A stretch of 64,000 nt of DNA, from assembly GCF_009914755.1 (NCBI RefSeq), contig NC_060946.1; one strand, written 5' to 3'. The first letter of the stretch is position 1. The number at the start of each line of letters is the position of its first letter. The notes beneath the pieces are model-generated. The model was not told the origin of the DNA, ran no database searches, and saw only the letters and a list, made by a program, of their open reading frames with translations. This stretch comes from the human T2T-CHM13v2.0 reference genome, Homo sapiens. A program made the position numbers and the translations under genes. Of this stretch, positions 1 through 18,657 are shown piece by piece.

Positions 1-243
1 AGCCATTGACCCTGGATTTGGAGATCCCTTTATTTTGAGGCATTAGTATTACAAATCAACCTTGCTTAAAGTGGCAAACACTTCCTAAGCACAGATTATC
101 AGAAGGTACAGAAAACCCTTCAAAAGAACATCTTAGCCAGTGTACATTTGCATATAGATAAATATATATATTTAAATGAGGCCTTGACATTAATGGTGGG
201 ATTTCACTTCAGACAAAACCAACTTGAAAGCATTGAATGACTT

Positions 244-1168
244 GGCCATGTCCAGTGGCTTGCACCTGTAATCCCAGCACTTTGGGAGGCCAACATCGGT
301 GCATTGCTTGAATCCAGGGGCTTGAGACCAGCCTGGGGAACATGGCAAAACCCTGTCTCTACAAAAAAAATACAAAAATTAGCCAGGTGTTGTGGCACAC
401 TCCTATACCTATAGTACCAGCCACTCAGGAGGCTGAGGTGGGAGGATCACTTGAGCCCGGAGAGTTTGAAGCTCCAGTGAGCTGAGATTGCACCACTGCA
501 CTCCAACCTGGGCAACGGAGCAAGACTCTGTCTCAAAGAAAGTGTCAAATAACAAGTCCTGGTTCTGTTTTCTTGGTCATGCAGTCAGCTTCCCACCAGC
601 TTATTTTCCTCCTTATGGTAGACAGTGTTTTTTGCTTGTGTTGTTTTTTTTGAGATGGTCTCACTTTGTCACCCAGGCTGGAGTGCAGTGACACAAGCCA
701 TCTCAGCTTACTGCAACCTCCACCTCCCAGGTTCAAGCCAATCTTGTGCGTCAGCCACTCGAGTAGCTGCTGGACTACAGGCGCATGTCACCACGCTGAG
801 CCTAACTTTTGTATTTTTTAGTAGAGATGGGGTTTCACCATGTTGGTCAGGCTGTAGGAAGGTTTTTAAGTGTATTTAAGTATGGCCTTTTTCTGGCCAG
901 GCACAGTGGCTCTTGCCTATAATCCTACCACTTCAGGAGGCCAAGGCAGGAGGATTGTTTGAACCAAGGAGTTCACTAGCAGCCTGGGCAACCTAGTGAG
1001 ACACTGCCTCTACAAACAATTTTGTAAAATTAGTCGGGCATGGTGATGCGTGCCTGTAGTCCCAGCTACTTGGGAGGATTGCTTGAGCAAGTGAGATTGA
1101 AACTGCAGTGAGCTGTGCCACTGCACTCCAGCCCGGGCAACAGAGTGAGACTCCCATCTCAAAAAAAG
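244..1168. mobile_element. Three Alu elements: about 244-540 (+), 640-855 (-, truncated), 894-1168 (+)
   Basis: Alu consensus motifs (cctgtaatcccagcactttgggagg, ccactgcactccagcc) with A or T tails. Confidence 0.9.
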
Positions 1169-1311
1169 CCTTTTTCTGGCCTTGTCATTAAAGATCTTAG
1201 AGAAGATTACAGGCAGACCTAATGCATCTGGGAGTGGTCATTTGATGATGATGTGGAGTTGGTGAACAGGGAGTACAGGGGAGTAATTGATGTTCTGTTG
1301 TCTTGTTCCAG

Positions 1312-3576
<2,265 letters not shown>

Positions 3577-3940
3577 ATGCAGAGACCCCGCAGAGCTGCA
3601 TTGACTACCAGATTTATTTTTTAAACCAGAAAATGTTTTAAATTTATAATTCCATATTTATAATGTTGGCCACAACATTATGATTATTCCTTGTCTGTAC
3701 TTTAGTATTTTTCACCATTTGTGAAGAAACATTAAAACAAGTTAAATGGTAGTGTGCGGAGTTTTTTTTTCTTCCTTCTTTTAAAAATGGTTGTTTAAGA
3801 CTTTAACAATGGGAACCCCTTGTGAGCATGCTCAGTATCATTGTGGAGAACCAAGAGGGCCTCTTAACTGTAACAATGTTCATGGTTGTGATGTTTTTTT
3901 TTTTTTTTTAAATAAAATTCCAAATGTTTATAAAGAGTCA
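3577..3940 (+). terminator. EWSR1: EWSR1 3' UTR with two poly(A) signals
   Basis: AU-rich UTR with ATTAAA at 3731-3736 (followed by a U-rich tract) and AATAAA at 3911-3916 (followed by GT-rich sequence). The end position is estimated. Confidence 0.85.
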
Positions 3941-4994
3941 TCCTTCTCGGCCTCTGTTCCACAGTCACTGTGTGTCTGCTGGGAGCATGCTCCCACCCCA
4001 CCCAGGAGAGGGGTGCCTTCCAGGTAAACGGTTGGTTCAGGGTTTGTGTGAGGGGAAATAAGCGGTTGTGACATGGAAACAGACTCTGGCCCTGATGCAG
4101 CCTCTGAGACCCACTAGTGTCCAAAGGTTCAAGGGGAGATCCAGGTAAGGGAGGCACAGGAAGAACTGGAAATAACTTTGCCTTCCATGGGATCACGGAT
4201 CAGGCACTAGGAGCATCTAAGGGGCTGCTCCCTCAGGTGAGGGACGATCCCTCTCAGGCGGACTGGGTCGGGTCCTCTCATCCCCAGCACTTCTGGGCAT
4301 GCATTGTGTGCACCTCTGCTGTTTCTTTCCCTGGTCATTTCCTGTTCTAATATGTGTTTGACTCCCTGCGTTTGGAAAACCCTCCCTTAACCAGCCATCA
4401 TCCCCTTCCCTCCATCAAACCATCTTCCTGGCCCTTTCTACAGGAAGCACATGGAAAGAGCTTTGTCCACCCCTCCCTCTCTGGAACCCACTTCATTCTT
4501 CACCTGCACTAAAACAAGCAGCTCTCAGTCACCAACCACCTCTAATGTTGCCCAATCAATGGTCTTTCCTTCTCTGTTCTCCCATCTCCTTCATTGCTTC
4601 CTTTTTCTCCTATCCCTAAATGCAGGAAGGCCCCAAAGCTAGCATTGCGCTCCCCTGAGCCGCCACACTGCCTGGCTGTCCTTTCCATACTGTGGCTTTA
4701 GCCCTTTCTCCCTAGGGCCAACTCGGCTTGGGTGCATGATGGGTGTAGAGCAGGGCTTGCTCTTGTCCCGTCCTGCCTACACCCCAGTTCAGTAAACACA
4801 CACCTGCCCCAAACCTTGGAGTCATCCATGACCCATTCTCAAACCCCAGCCCCCAACCTAGCTCTCTTGCAAATCCAGGACGGTGCAAATCCACCCACAG
4901 CCCCCACCTCCATAACGCCCCCTCACTGGGTTCCCTGCTTCTCCCCTCAGTATCTCCAGCCCTTCCTCAGAAGCCAGACCAAGGTTTGTGGGGT

Positions 4995-5236
4995 TTTTTG
5001 TTGTTTGAGATGGTCTTGCTCTCACCAAGACTGGAGTACAGTGGTGCAATCACAGCTTCACCTCCTGAGCTGAGTAGCTGGGACTACAGGTGTAGCACCC
5101 AGCTAATTTTTTTGATGTTTTTGTAGAGACCAGGTCTCACTGTTGCCCAGGCTGGTCTCAACTTGGGCTCAAGTGATCATCCCACCTTGACCTCTCAAAG
5201 TGCTAGGATTACAGGCGTAAGCCACCACACTTGGCC
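4995..5236 (-). mobile_element. Old Alu (AluJ-like), internally deleted
   Basis: Antisense Alu motifs. Confidence 0.85.
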
Positions 5237-7176
5237 CAAACCAACTTGACACGGGAGGTCATCTCCAGTCTCAAAACCATTTGGTGGCTCCAAGCACGCT
5301 TGCCATGCCCCAAAAGACCTCTGGGACCCCAGCTGCCCTGCTCTACCTTGCACGCCAGTCCAGCACTGTTCCTCAAGGGGCCGAGGACGCTCTCACCGCA
5401 GCCTTGGTGTGTCAGAGCCAAGATGCACACATAACCTAGGAGGCCCAAACTCGACTAGGGCATCACTGGGTCCCTGCGTCGTGCCAGGCACTGCGCTAAG
5501 TACCTCTGTGCGTTTAATTCCTAATAACCTTCAAGGCAGGTAACATAGGACAGCCACACGTCAGCTGAGATGGGAAGAGAGAGGTCAAGGGAGGACTTGC
5601 CATTGAGAGGCCTGAATTGAGCTAAGGGTGGTCGCCCTCCAGGCCCCGCACGCTCACCCTCCCACCAACCCACTGTATACAGGCACCTGCTTCTGAAAAG
5701 GATGGGTGCTCTGACATGACCCGCATGCTGCCAGCACTAAGGGAAGACAAGCAGCCTGCTCTGGAAGCTGCTACTGCACAAGCATCTGTCAGACTCTGGC
5801 ATTGCATAGGCTCCCCAGGAGTAGCCTTATGTCCCTGCCCGAGAGGGGTTTGTCACTGGCACTAAATAGCCCTGGTAGAGATGTTTACAGCAGGCAGGTC
5901 TATTTTTCTCAGCCCAAAGAAACTTCTGGATGCTCTGGGCACAGATTCCCTCAGGCAGCATGGATGCCAAGCCTGTCTCAAAGGGCGGCAGGAAGCTGGC
6001 TGGTGCCAGGGCATGAAGGAGGTGGGCAGGGCAGAGAGCAGAGCAGGTGGAGAAAAAGCCTAGTCTCTACCCACACCCTGGTCAAACTCCCCAAAAGCAC
6101 CTAGACTAAAAGTTGCCAACACAAACTTGAGGTCCCACGAGGCCACATGGCACAGGCCTGGGCAAAGGTGGCGGGGTCCATGGGGAGACTGATCTATGCC
6201 CACAGGGAGTGGCTCCCCTGCTCGACGGGGAAGAGCACAGGGCTGCAGCAACAGCAGTACCAGCAGCTGTGGGGCTGAGGACTGTGCAGTCTGTGACAGG
6301 GACAACAGCTGGCCCTCGTGCTGTCCCCTCCTACCCCACTCCTGACAGATCTGCTGGGCGCAGGGCCGGCAGTGAGGACAGTGTGATGCAGGCAGGTTGG
6401 AAAGAGCCCACTTGGGTTTTCCAGTTTTGCGTCTCTCTTGTGAAGGGCACTGGAGGCAGCTCAGGGTCACCTGTCCCACAGCCAGAGCAGGAGCTGACCA
6501 GCAGGTGTCCTTGGAGCTGAGCCCACACCTGGACACAGCAGCCGGAAGCCTCCTGCGAGTCCCTCACTTAGCCTGGGCTGTGCTCAGAGCCTCAGTCCAG
6601 ACTGGAGAATTTGGAGTTCTAATCCAACCAGTGCCAGAGCTTCCTGGAGCTGCCCGGTAGCAGGGATGTAGGCCACAATGAGAGTTTTGCCACAGCCATC
6701 ATCTGACCTCTAGCTGCAACCAAGGCCAAGCAGGCTGCTGGCTGGCACCCAGCAGTGGGCGCAAGAAACTGGCTATGTGCCCTCTGGCCAAAGGCCAGAA
6801 GGAGCCCACATGGGAGCCACAGCATTCTGTGCATAGAGGTGGGTGGCCTCAAGGGTCCGTGCAGATGGGCTCAGGGTCTCTATAGCCCAAACCTCCTGTC
6901 CCTCCAGCAGTTTCTGTGGTTTCTCTTGGTCCTGCAAGGAACAAGGGAGACCATGTAGAGGCTGAGGCTTTCCCAGAGGTGGCCCCACAGGCCCTGGGCC
7001 ACCACACGACAGAGGGGGTCAAAGCTACGGTCTACCATGCCCTGGGCCAGGGGTCTGACCCCCCAGTGAGGTCTGCATCATAGCAGCTACATGTCCTAGA
7101 ATCAGGTGGGAGGCTGTGGTCTAGAACAGGCCTCTTATCACAAGCCACAGCTCATGGGAGAGAAGGAGGAAGGAAT

Positions 7177-7180
<4 letters not shown>

Positions 7181-7222
<42 letters not shown>
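7181..7222. repeat. (TG)21 microsatellite
   Basis: Perfect dinucleotide run. Confidence 0.98.
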
Positions 7223-7223
<1 letters not shown>

Positions 7224-7506
7224 CGGAGTCTCGCTCTGTCGCCCAGACTGGAGTGCAGTGGCGCAATCTCTGATCTCTGCTCACTGCAAGCTCCGCCTCT
7301 CGGGCTCACGCCATTCTCCTGCCTCAGCCTCCAGAGTAGCTGGGACTACAGGCACCCGCCACCACACCCAGAGAATTTTTTGTATTTTTAGTGGAGACGG
7401 GGTTTCACCGTGTTAACCAGGATGGTCTCGATCTCCCGACCTCATGATCCACCCGCCTCGGCCTCCCAAAGTGCCGGGATTACAGGCGTGAGCTACTGCG
7501 CCCAGC
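7223..7506 (-). mobile_element. AluY-like element
   Basis: CpG-rich, gcaagctccgcc diagnostic motif, TSD gaaggaat. Confidence 0.92.
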
Positions 7507-7973
7507 AGAAGGAATTTCTTTATAATCCCTCCTCCCCAGAGAAGTGGATATGCTGAGCCAGGCCACACTGAGCTGGGTAGTGGCATTATTTTTCACAACC
7601 CCATGATGTAACTACTACTACTGTCCCATTCTGCAGATGGTGCCACTGAGGCTCAGGGAGCTTCACCATCCCACCCAATGACCAATGACAGAGCCTGGGT
7701 TCCGTCCAACTTCACCCATGTCCAAAACCCCAAAATGCAGCAAGGTAGGTATAAGCAGGAGTCAAATTCCTGCACAGCTGCTGGCTACACATATCCCATG
7801 CCTTCTCTGGGCCTCAGTTTCCCCAAATTGTAAAATGAGAACACCTAAGAGTATCATAGCTCATCGGGGTATTTTGAAGATGAAACTGTTAAATGTCCAC
7901 ACCCTGATTCACCCCCACCCCAAACCTGCAACCCTCCTCCACCTCCAGCAGCCCTTCCCTCCCCAGGTGTTAG

Positions 7974-8461
<488 letters not shown>

Positions 8462-9051
8462 GGAATGTTAAGACCTAAGCCAACCACCCCTGCTCTAAAT
8501 CACTGCATGGCTCCCATGTCCCTCAAAAGAGACACGGCCCCCAAGGCCCTGCTTAACCGGCCCTGGGGTCTCTCTAATCTCTCTACCTCCTCCCTCACCC
8601 ACCTCCCTGCACTCCAGCCTCAGCCACCTCCCCAGTCTTCTTGAGCACGCCGGACACATGCCCACCATGGGGCCTTTGCACTGGCCGTTCCCTCTCCCTC
8701 TCCAGATATCCCCGACCTTCCTCCCTCACTTCCTTTCCTGATGAGGGATTTTAAATTGCAGCCCCCTCACACCCACACCCTCACCCGGCTCCATCCCTGT
8801 CTTCTCTGCACCTCATCCCTGTCTCTGCCCTGGGGCTGCCTCCCTGCCAGACTTGGACAACAGGCCCTGAGAGCTGGCTCTGCTTGGTTCCCTGCTGTTT
8901 TGCTGTTGATTTCCAGTGCCCAAAGAGACCCAGCACACAGTAGGTGCCACGCAGGTGTCAGCCTTGAGGATTGCTAGTTACTGCCTTCCTCACTGGAGGA
9001 AGTGCCATGGGGGGCGCTGAGGTGAGAAAACGCCTTTGAAAAGGTCACACA

Positions 9052-9417
<366 letters not shown>

Positions 9418-9659
9418 TCACAGGTGCTCAACCAATGCTGCTGATCCGTGGATGAGGGCGTCCCCATAATCGTCATGTTCAAATCCTGGCTCCACCAGCT
9501 GCTCTCCTGACTGTGCCCCAGTTGGGCATGAGTGTCCTTCACAGAGGTGACACACCAGTTCATTCAGGTCAAGGGCGCAGAGCAGTCCTGGCAGCACACA
9601 GTAGGAGATTTATTGGAGCTCTGAGCCTGGCTGTGGTTGGCGGCTTCCCTGCAGGCCTG

Positions 9660-10980
9660 CCCCACCCGTGTAGCATGGCTGCCGCCCAGACCCGCCCGAC
9701 GTCCCGCCCAGCCCAGCCGGCAGCAGCAGGGGGCAGGATTTCCCGCTGATCCCGGCGGTCCGTCCTCTGCAGTTTAAAAAGAGCCCAGCGGGGCTTAACC
9801 CTCCCGCGTCCGGCCGGCCTCCGATGCCCCCCGTCCCCTGTTCTGTGCGGAACTCCGGCTTTGGCCATCTGCCTACTTCTCTGAGCTTCAGTATCCTCAT
9901 CTGTAAAACCGGTTCCCCTCATTTCAGGGTCAAAAATGAGCATTCAGTGAGCACAAGGAGCCCTCAGTCGCCAGGGGCATCCTCCCCCTCCCCGCGGCGG
10001 TGCCGTTTATCTGGCCAGGGGAGGTCCACCCGGGAGGAGGTGACTTTGCAGCCTCCAGCCGCTATCGCTTCCTGACTTCATCTTGGGAACAGGCCGTGCT
10101 GTGCGCCAGCCCGGGGAGCCCACCGTCTGGGGAGGGGGGCGATTAAAAGGTCCCAACCTCCTCCCCAGCAGACCAAAGAGGTTGGACGGGGCCCCGGGTA
10201 CTAGGCTGGGTGGGGGTTGGGCGCCTGGGCCGGTCGCAGTTGTCTGGGGGCCCTGGGGCTCTCTGCGTCGAGAGCGCTCGAAGACCCGGGATTCCTGGCC
10301 CGATCGCGGGCGGGGGGAGACCCCAGCTCCACCCCAGCTCCCGCCGGCTCGGGGAAGGGGCGGCCCCTTTAAGAGCGCGCGGCCCCGCCCGCCCCCTCCG
10401 GGCAGGATCCGAATTCCAGGGAGGCGGGGCGGAGACGGCGGCGAGGAGGAGGCCGCGGCGCGGGACGCATAGAGCTGCGGCTCGGGCGGCGCCTCCCTGC
10501 GGCGGCCCGGCCCGGCTCCGGCCCCCGCTGGGGCAATGCTCCCCGGGGCCGCGGGATGAGCCAGGTGAGCGCGGAGACCCCCAGCACTCCCTGCCTGGTG
10601 CGCATGGACGGGGGTGGGGAGGCGGGGCGGGAAGCGGCGTCCTCGGCCTCTGTTCCCCGGGGCTGTGTGACCTTGGGCGGCCCCGCACCCTCTCTGGGCC
10701 CAGAGCCCCAGCACCGGCAGGGCCTGCGGAGGCCGCTCTGAGTCCTGGCCCCGCAGGCACCGGCCTGGAGCGCTGGGGAGGCTTCTTGGAGGAGGCGGGG
10801 CCTGGCCCTGGCCCCGGATCGCCGAGACCGGCCACGCTGCGCCGCCTGGACGCCGGGCTCCTCCACCCACAGCTCTGCGACCTTCACGAGCTCGACCCTT
10901 TCTGCGCCTCAGTTTCCTCATCTATAAAATGGAGATAATGCCTCCGCGCGCTGAGCCCGAGCGCGGTCGTGCTGTTACAC
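9660..10980. promoter_or_regulatory. GAS2L1: CpG island / GAS2L1 promoter
   Basis: Very CpG-dense, multiple GC boxes (GGGCGG/CCGCCC), TATA-like TTTAAGA at 10368-10374. Confidence 0.9.
10400..10564 (+). other. GAS2L1: GAS2L1 non-coding first exon (start approximate)
   Basis: Strong donor CAG|GTGAGC at 10564/10565 inside the CpG island; candidate downstream acceptors at 11469/11470 and 11497/11498 ahead of ATG 11517. Confidence 0.7.
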
Positions 10981-11516
10981 TATTGCTGCTGCTATGTCGT
11001 TAATGACGGCACAGCCCTTATGGAAGGGGGGCCAAGGAAGGCACGGGGACCTTCCCGCAGGACATGGGGTGGGCACCAGCCCTAAGCCATGCACATAACC
11101 CACTCTGAGGTCAGGACCTGGGTTCCTTTCGTGTCCACTGGGGGCCTTAGCCGTTGTCTTCACTTCTCTAGGTCCCAGCCCTTCACAATGGGCGCGCCTC
11201 CCTGCCTGAGAGGGAGGCCCCAGCCAAGCCCCAGTTTCCACCGCAAAAAGCCACACAGCAAACACTTAATGGACCCTAAATTTATAAAAATTATCCCATA
11301 GAGTCCTATGAGGCAGGGAATGTTACTGTACCCATTTCGCAGATGAGGAAACTTGGGGCACCGACATTTCCCAGAGCCAACATGTAAACCAGGCATTTGG
11401 CCTGAGTGACAGACTGGTGCAGGTGGCCAGCAGCTTAATTTGTACTGAGCGCTTACTGGGTCCCCACAGCGATCCTGAACTGTGTTCCTGCCCACAGTGA
11501 CTCGGCCGGTCCGGGC

Positions 11517-15908
<4,392 letters not shown>

Positions 15909-16177
15909 TGGACCAGCTCAGCTGTCCCCAGACCCCATCCCTTCTCCTTTTCCTTTGTGGCCTTAACCCTTCTGCATCAGGGAGCCCCCTCTGCCTCTTG
16001 AGTACCAGACCTCATGGGACCAGACCCCTTGGGACCACATGGCACAATGGGACCTCTGTTGTACATTCCGGTTGGGGGATGAGCGTTGCTATTTAATTAC
16101 TAATATTATTGAATGCCTTAGAGGAGGCCGGGCGAGCCCGGTGTTCTGAAGACCTGTGGCCCAGCAGAGCCTCTGAC

Positions 16178-16183
16178 AGTAAA
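16178..16183 (+). terminator. GAS2L1: GAS2L1 variant poly(A) signal AGTAAA
   Basis: The only PAS-like hexamer I found after the stop; followed by GT/T-rich tgtctgtttcttgg about 20 nt downstream. Confidence 0.7.
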
Positions 16184-16359
16184 GTTTTGCTCCAGCCACC
16201 TGTCTGTTTCTTGGGGACTCCACCTTGGGGCCATTCAGACCCTTTCGAGGACCCTGGAGTTAACTGCCTGGAGGCCAAGCCTGGCAACTCTGACCTCTAG
16301 GCTTAAGGCGTTATCCCGCCCAGCCCAGAAATCCCAGGCGCACTCAAATTATTTTCCCT

Positions 16360-16365
16360 TTTATT
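16360..16365 (-). terminator. RASL10A: RASL10A poly(A) signal AATAAA
   Basis: TTTATT on the + strand, about 350 nt beyond the RASL10A stop. Confidence 0.8.
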
Positions 16366-16689
16366 ATCCCGTGGTAGGTGTGGCATAAAGAATATGTCCA
16401 GTGAAGCTCCAGGAGCAGGCTGCGTGTTTCCAGTCAAGTTCATAGCCAAGTCCTTTCCATCCAATGGGATTGTGACCCATTGAGGTCCCAGAAAGGACTG
16501 GTCATCTCCAATGGAGCTTGGGACCTGGTTGGGTCCAATGAGGTTCAAAAGGGGGCCAGTCGCTTAGGAGACTGGGTTGGAGCTTTCCTCATCCAATCAG
16601 GGCGGAGACTTCCCTGTCCAGTCCCAGTGAAGTTGGGCGATCCCGTCCAATCCAGGTCCCTGATTGTCCCAGTCACAAGGTGGGGCCCA

Positions 16690-17400
16690 TGGATGGCACT
16701 GTCCGATCGGGTCACATGAGGCTGCAGCGCGCGGGATGCAGCGCCCCCTGCAGGCGCAGGGCCGGGTGTGCAGGGCGCGCGCGCACCAGAGCGCAGCGCA
16801 GCAGCTCGCGGAAGAGACGCAGCACGTGCCAGTTGTACTTGGCGGAGCACTCGAGGTAGCCGCAGCGCCAGCCCCTGCGCACTAGGGCGGCCAGCGCGCG
16901 CCGCGGTCCGAAGCGCAGCCGCTGCCTGTCCCGCTTGTTGCCTACCACGAGGATGGGCGCTTCGGGCGCGCCCGCCGGCCTGGGGGCCGAATGGAGATGA
17001 GAGACGCGGGGACCCCACGGCCGGAGAATTCCCCCAGTGGGTATACACACGCAGGCGCATTCCCTTCCTACGGCCAGAGACACCGCCCCCCCCGCCGCCC
17101 CAACGAAACCCCAGGCCCATGTGGGCCAAAGAGCACATACAGCTTAAGACCTTCCCACGGGCGAAGGCCTAAGACCCGGCCCACGACGTTGGGAGACCCT
17201 ACACACTCTCCTCAGGCAAAGGCCCTGCCAGACCTGTCCTAGCTCCCCACCGCCAGAACTGCCGGGCCCCTACCTGGTCTCCGCGATGCGCTGCCGCAGG
17301 GCCTTCACGTAGTCGAAACTGTCCGGGCTGCAGATGTCGTAGACGAGCACGAAGGCGTCCGTGTCCTGCAAGCTCCAGTCCTTAGCGTCTGGCCACTCCT
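16690..17400. promoter_or_regulatory. Intragenic CpG island over RASL10A exons 2-3
   Basis: High CpG density across both 3' exons and the intron between them. Confidence 0.75.
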
Positions 17401-18657
17401 GGGGACAGGAGGCCAGGGTTTGCGGAAGCCTCCTTTCCACTCTTCCGCTCTCGAACCCTCTGCAGGGGCCTGGACGCTAATCCTCAGGCCAACATCACCC
17501 CCATACAGACCTCTGTGCCCCTCCCCCAAGCTTTCCGGGCCGTCTCCTCATGACCACCAGGGTAAAATTTTCCAAATCGTGCCTGGAGCCTGTCAGCCAG
17601 CCTCCTTCATCCTTGGTCTCCCCTCTGTTTACCCCGAATCTTCCTCTTTTCAGCTTTCCCCAACTCGGCTCAGGCCGCTCTCCTCCCTAGATGCTCTCGG
17701 TGCTTACCACGGCCTCTAAGACTAATTCCAAAGCCCTTGGCCCGAGTCCCGTGGTCCACCACGCCCCCAGATTGTCAGCTGTAACCGTTTATGACCGTAG
17801 CGTAAGCACCTGCTGGTCTTTCCACCTGGTATGTTTTTGCCACTTCCTTTACTCAGAACTTCACTCGGTCTTCCAGGTTCAGCTCAAATGCCACTCCCTC
17901 CAGGAAGCCCTGCTTAATCCTGCCTGCTCTTTCCTCTTCACTGCTCTAGGGTCGGAGGTCTGTCCTTTACTTTGCACAAATTACTAAACGAGTCTTCGCT
18001 CCAGGGGACAAAAATGATAGGGCAGAGAATGAACCCCTCCACCAGCCCCCGTAGAAAGTACACCCCTGCTCCTGACCCCAGTCTCTCCCATTGTAGCTCT
18101 GCTCAAGGCCCCAAACACAAAACGCCACACTCTCGGGAAGGCACCGTTATGCACCACCAAGAGCTGCTCCACACCCCCAGCCGAGGCAGGCAAAGGTGGA
18201 GGCGCTCACAGGAGCAAGGGAACGCCCCTGGGCAAAATCGCCCGGCCTCCAGCCTGGGCTTGGGCGTCTCCAGGTCGGCGGGAAGGGCTGAAACGCAAGT
18301 ATCCCAGGACGCACACACATCCCTCCATCCCGGAGCACAGCCAGGCGCCCGAGGCCTCCACGCGGACACGCACGTGTGCACCGAGCACGCACACCCCTCA
18401 CACTGTCACACGCCCCTGCCCGCTCCTCGAGCCGCTACCTCCGGACCCCCGGGGCTCGAGCCGGGGCCAGCGACGTCGCCGTCGCGGATGCTCAAGTCGT
18501 AGACGGCGCCGTCGAGCAGCACCGCGGGTCGGTAGAGGCGCGGCCCGTCCGTGGGCCGGTGGCGCTCGGGGTAGTCACCGAACAGGAACTGGCGGATGAT
18601 GGCCGTCTTGCCCACGCCCGGGGCGCCTAGAACGGCCACCCGCAGGCTACCCCCCAT
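16712..18657 (-). CDS. RASL10A: Ras-like protein family member 10A (RRP22), 203 aa: complement(join(16712..16979,17274..17398,18439..18657))
   Basis: 219+125+268 = 612 nt = 203 aa + stop. G1 GAPGVGKT, G2 RPT, G4 NKRD, G5 CSAK, C-terminal CAAX CSLM; strong Kozak gccATGg. Confidence 0.98.
17550..17990 (-). mobile_element. L2 fragment in RASL10A intron 1
   Basis: cagctcaaatgccactccctccaggaagccct matches the L2 3' region consensus (antisense). Confidence 0.6.

Noticed and set aside
1-1311. EWSR1 fusion breakpoint region or GGAA microsatellite
   Set aside because: The usual breakpoint introns lie upstream of this window, EWSR1 is intact to its stop here, and no (GGAA)n array is present.
10007-10938. 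Several 130-304-aa ORFs on both strands (also 18596-19354)
   Set aside because: Stop-poor CpG-island sequence giving low-complexity Arg/Gly/Pro translations.
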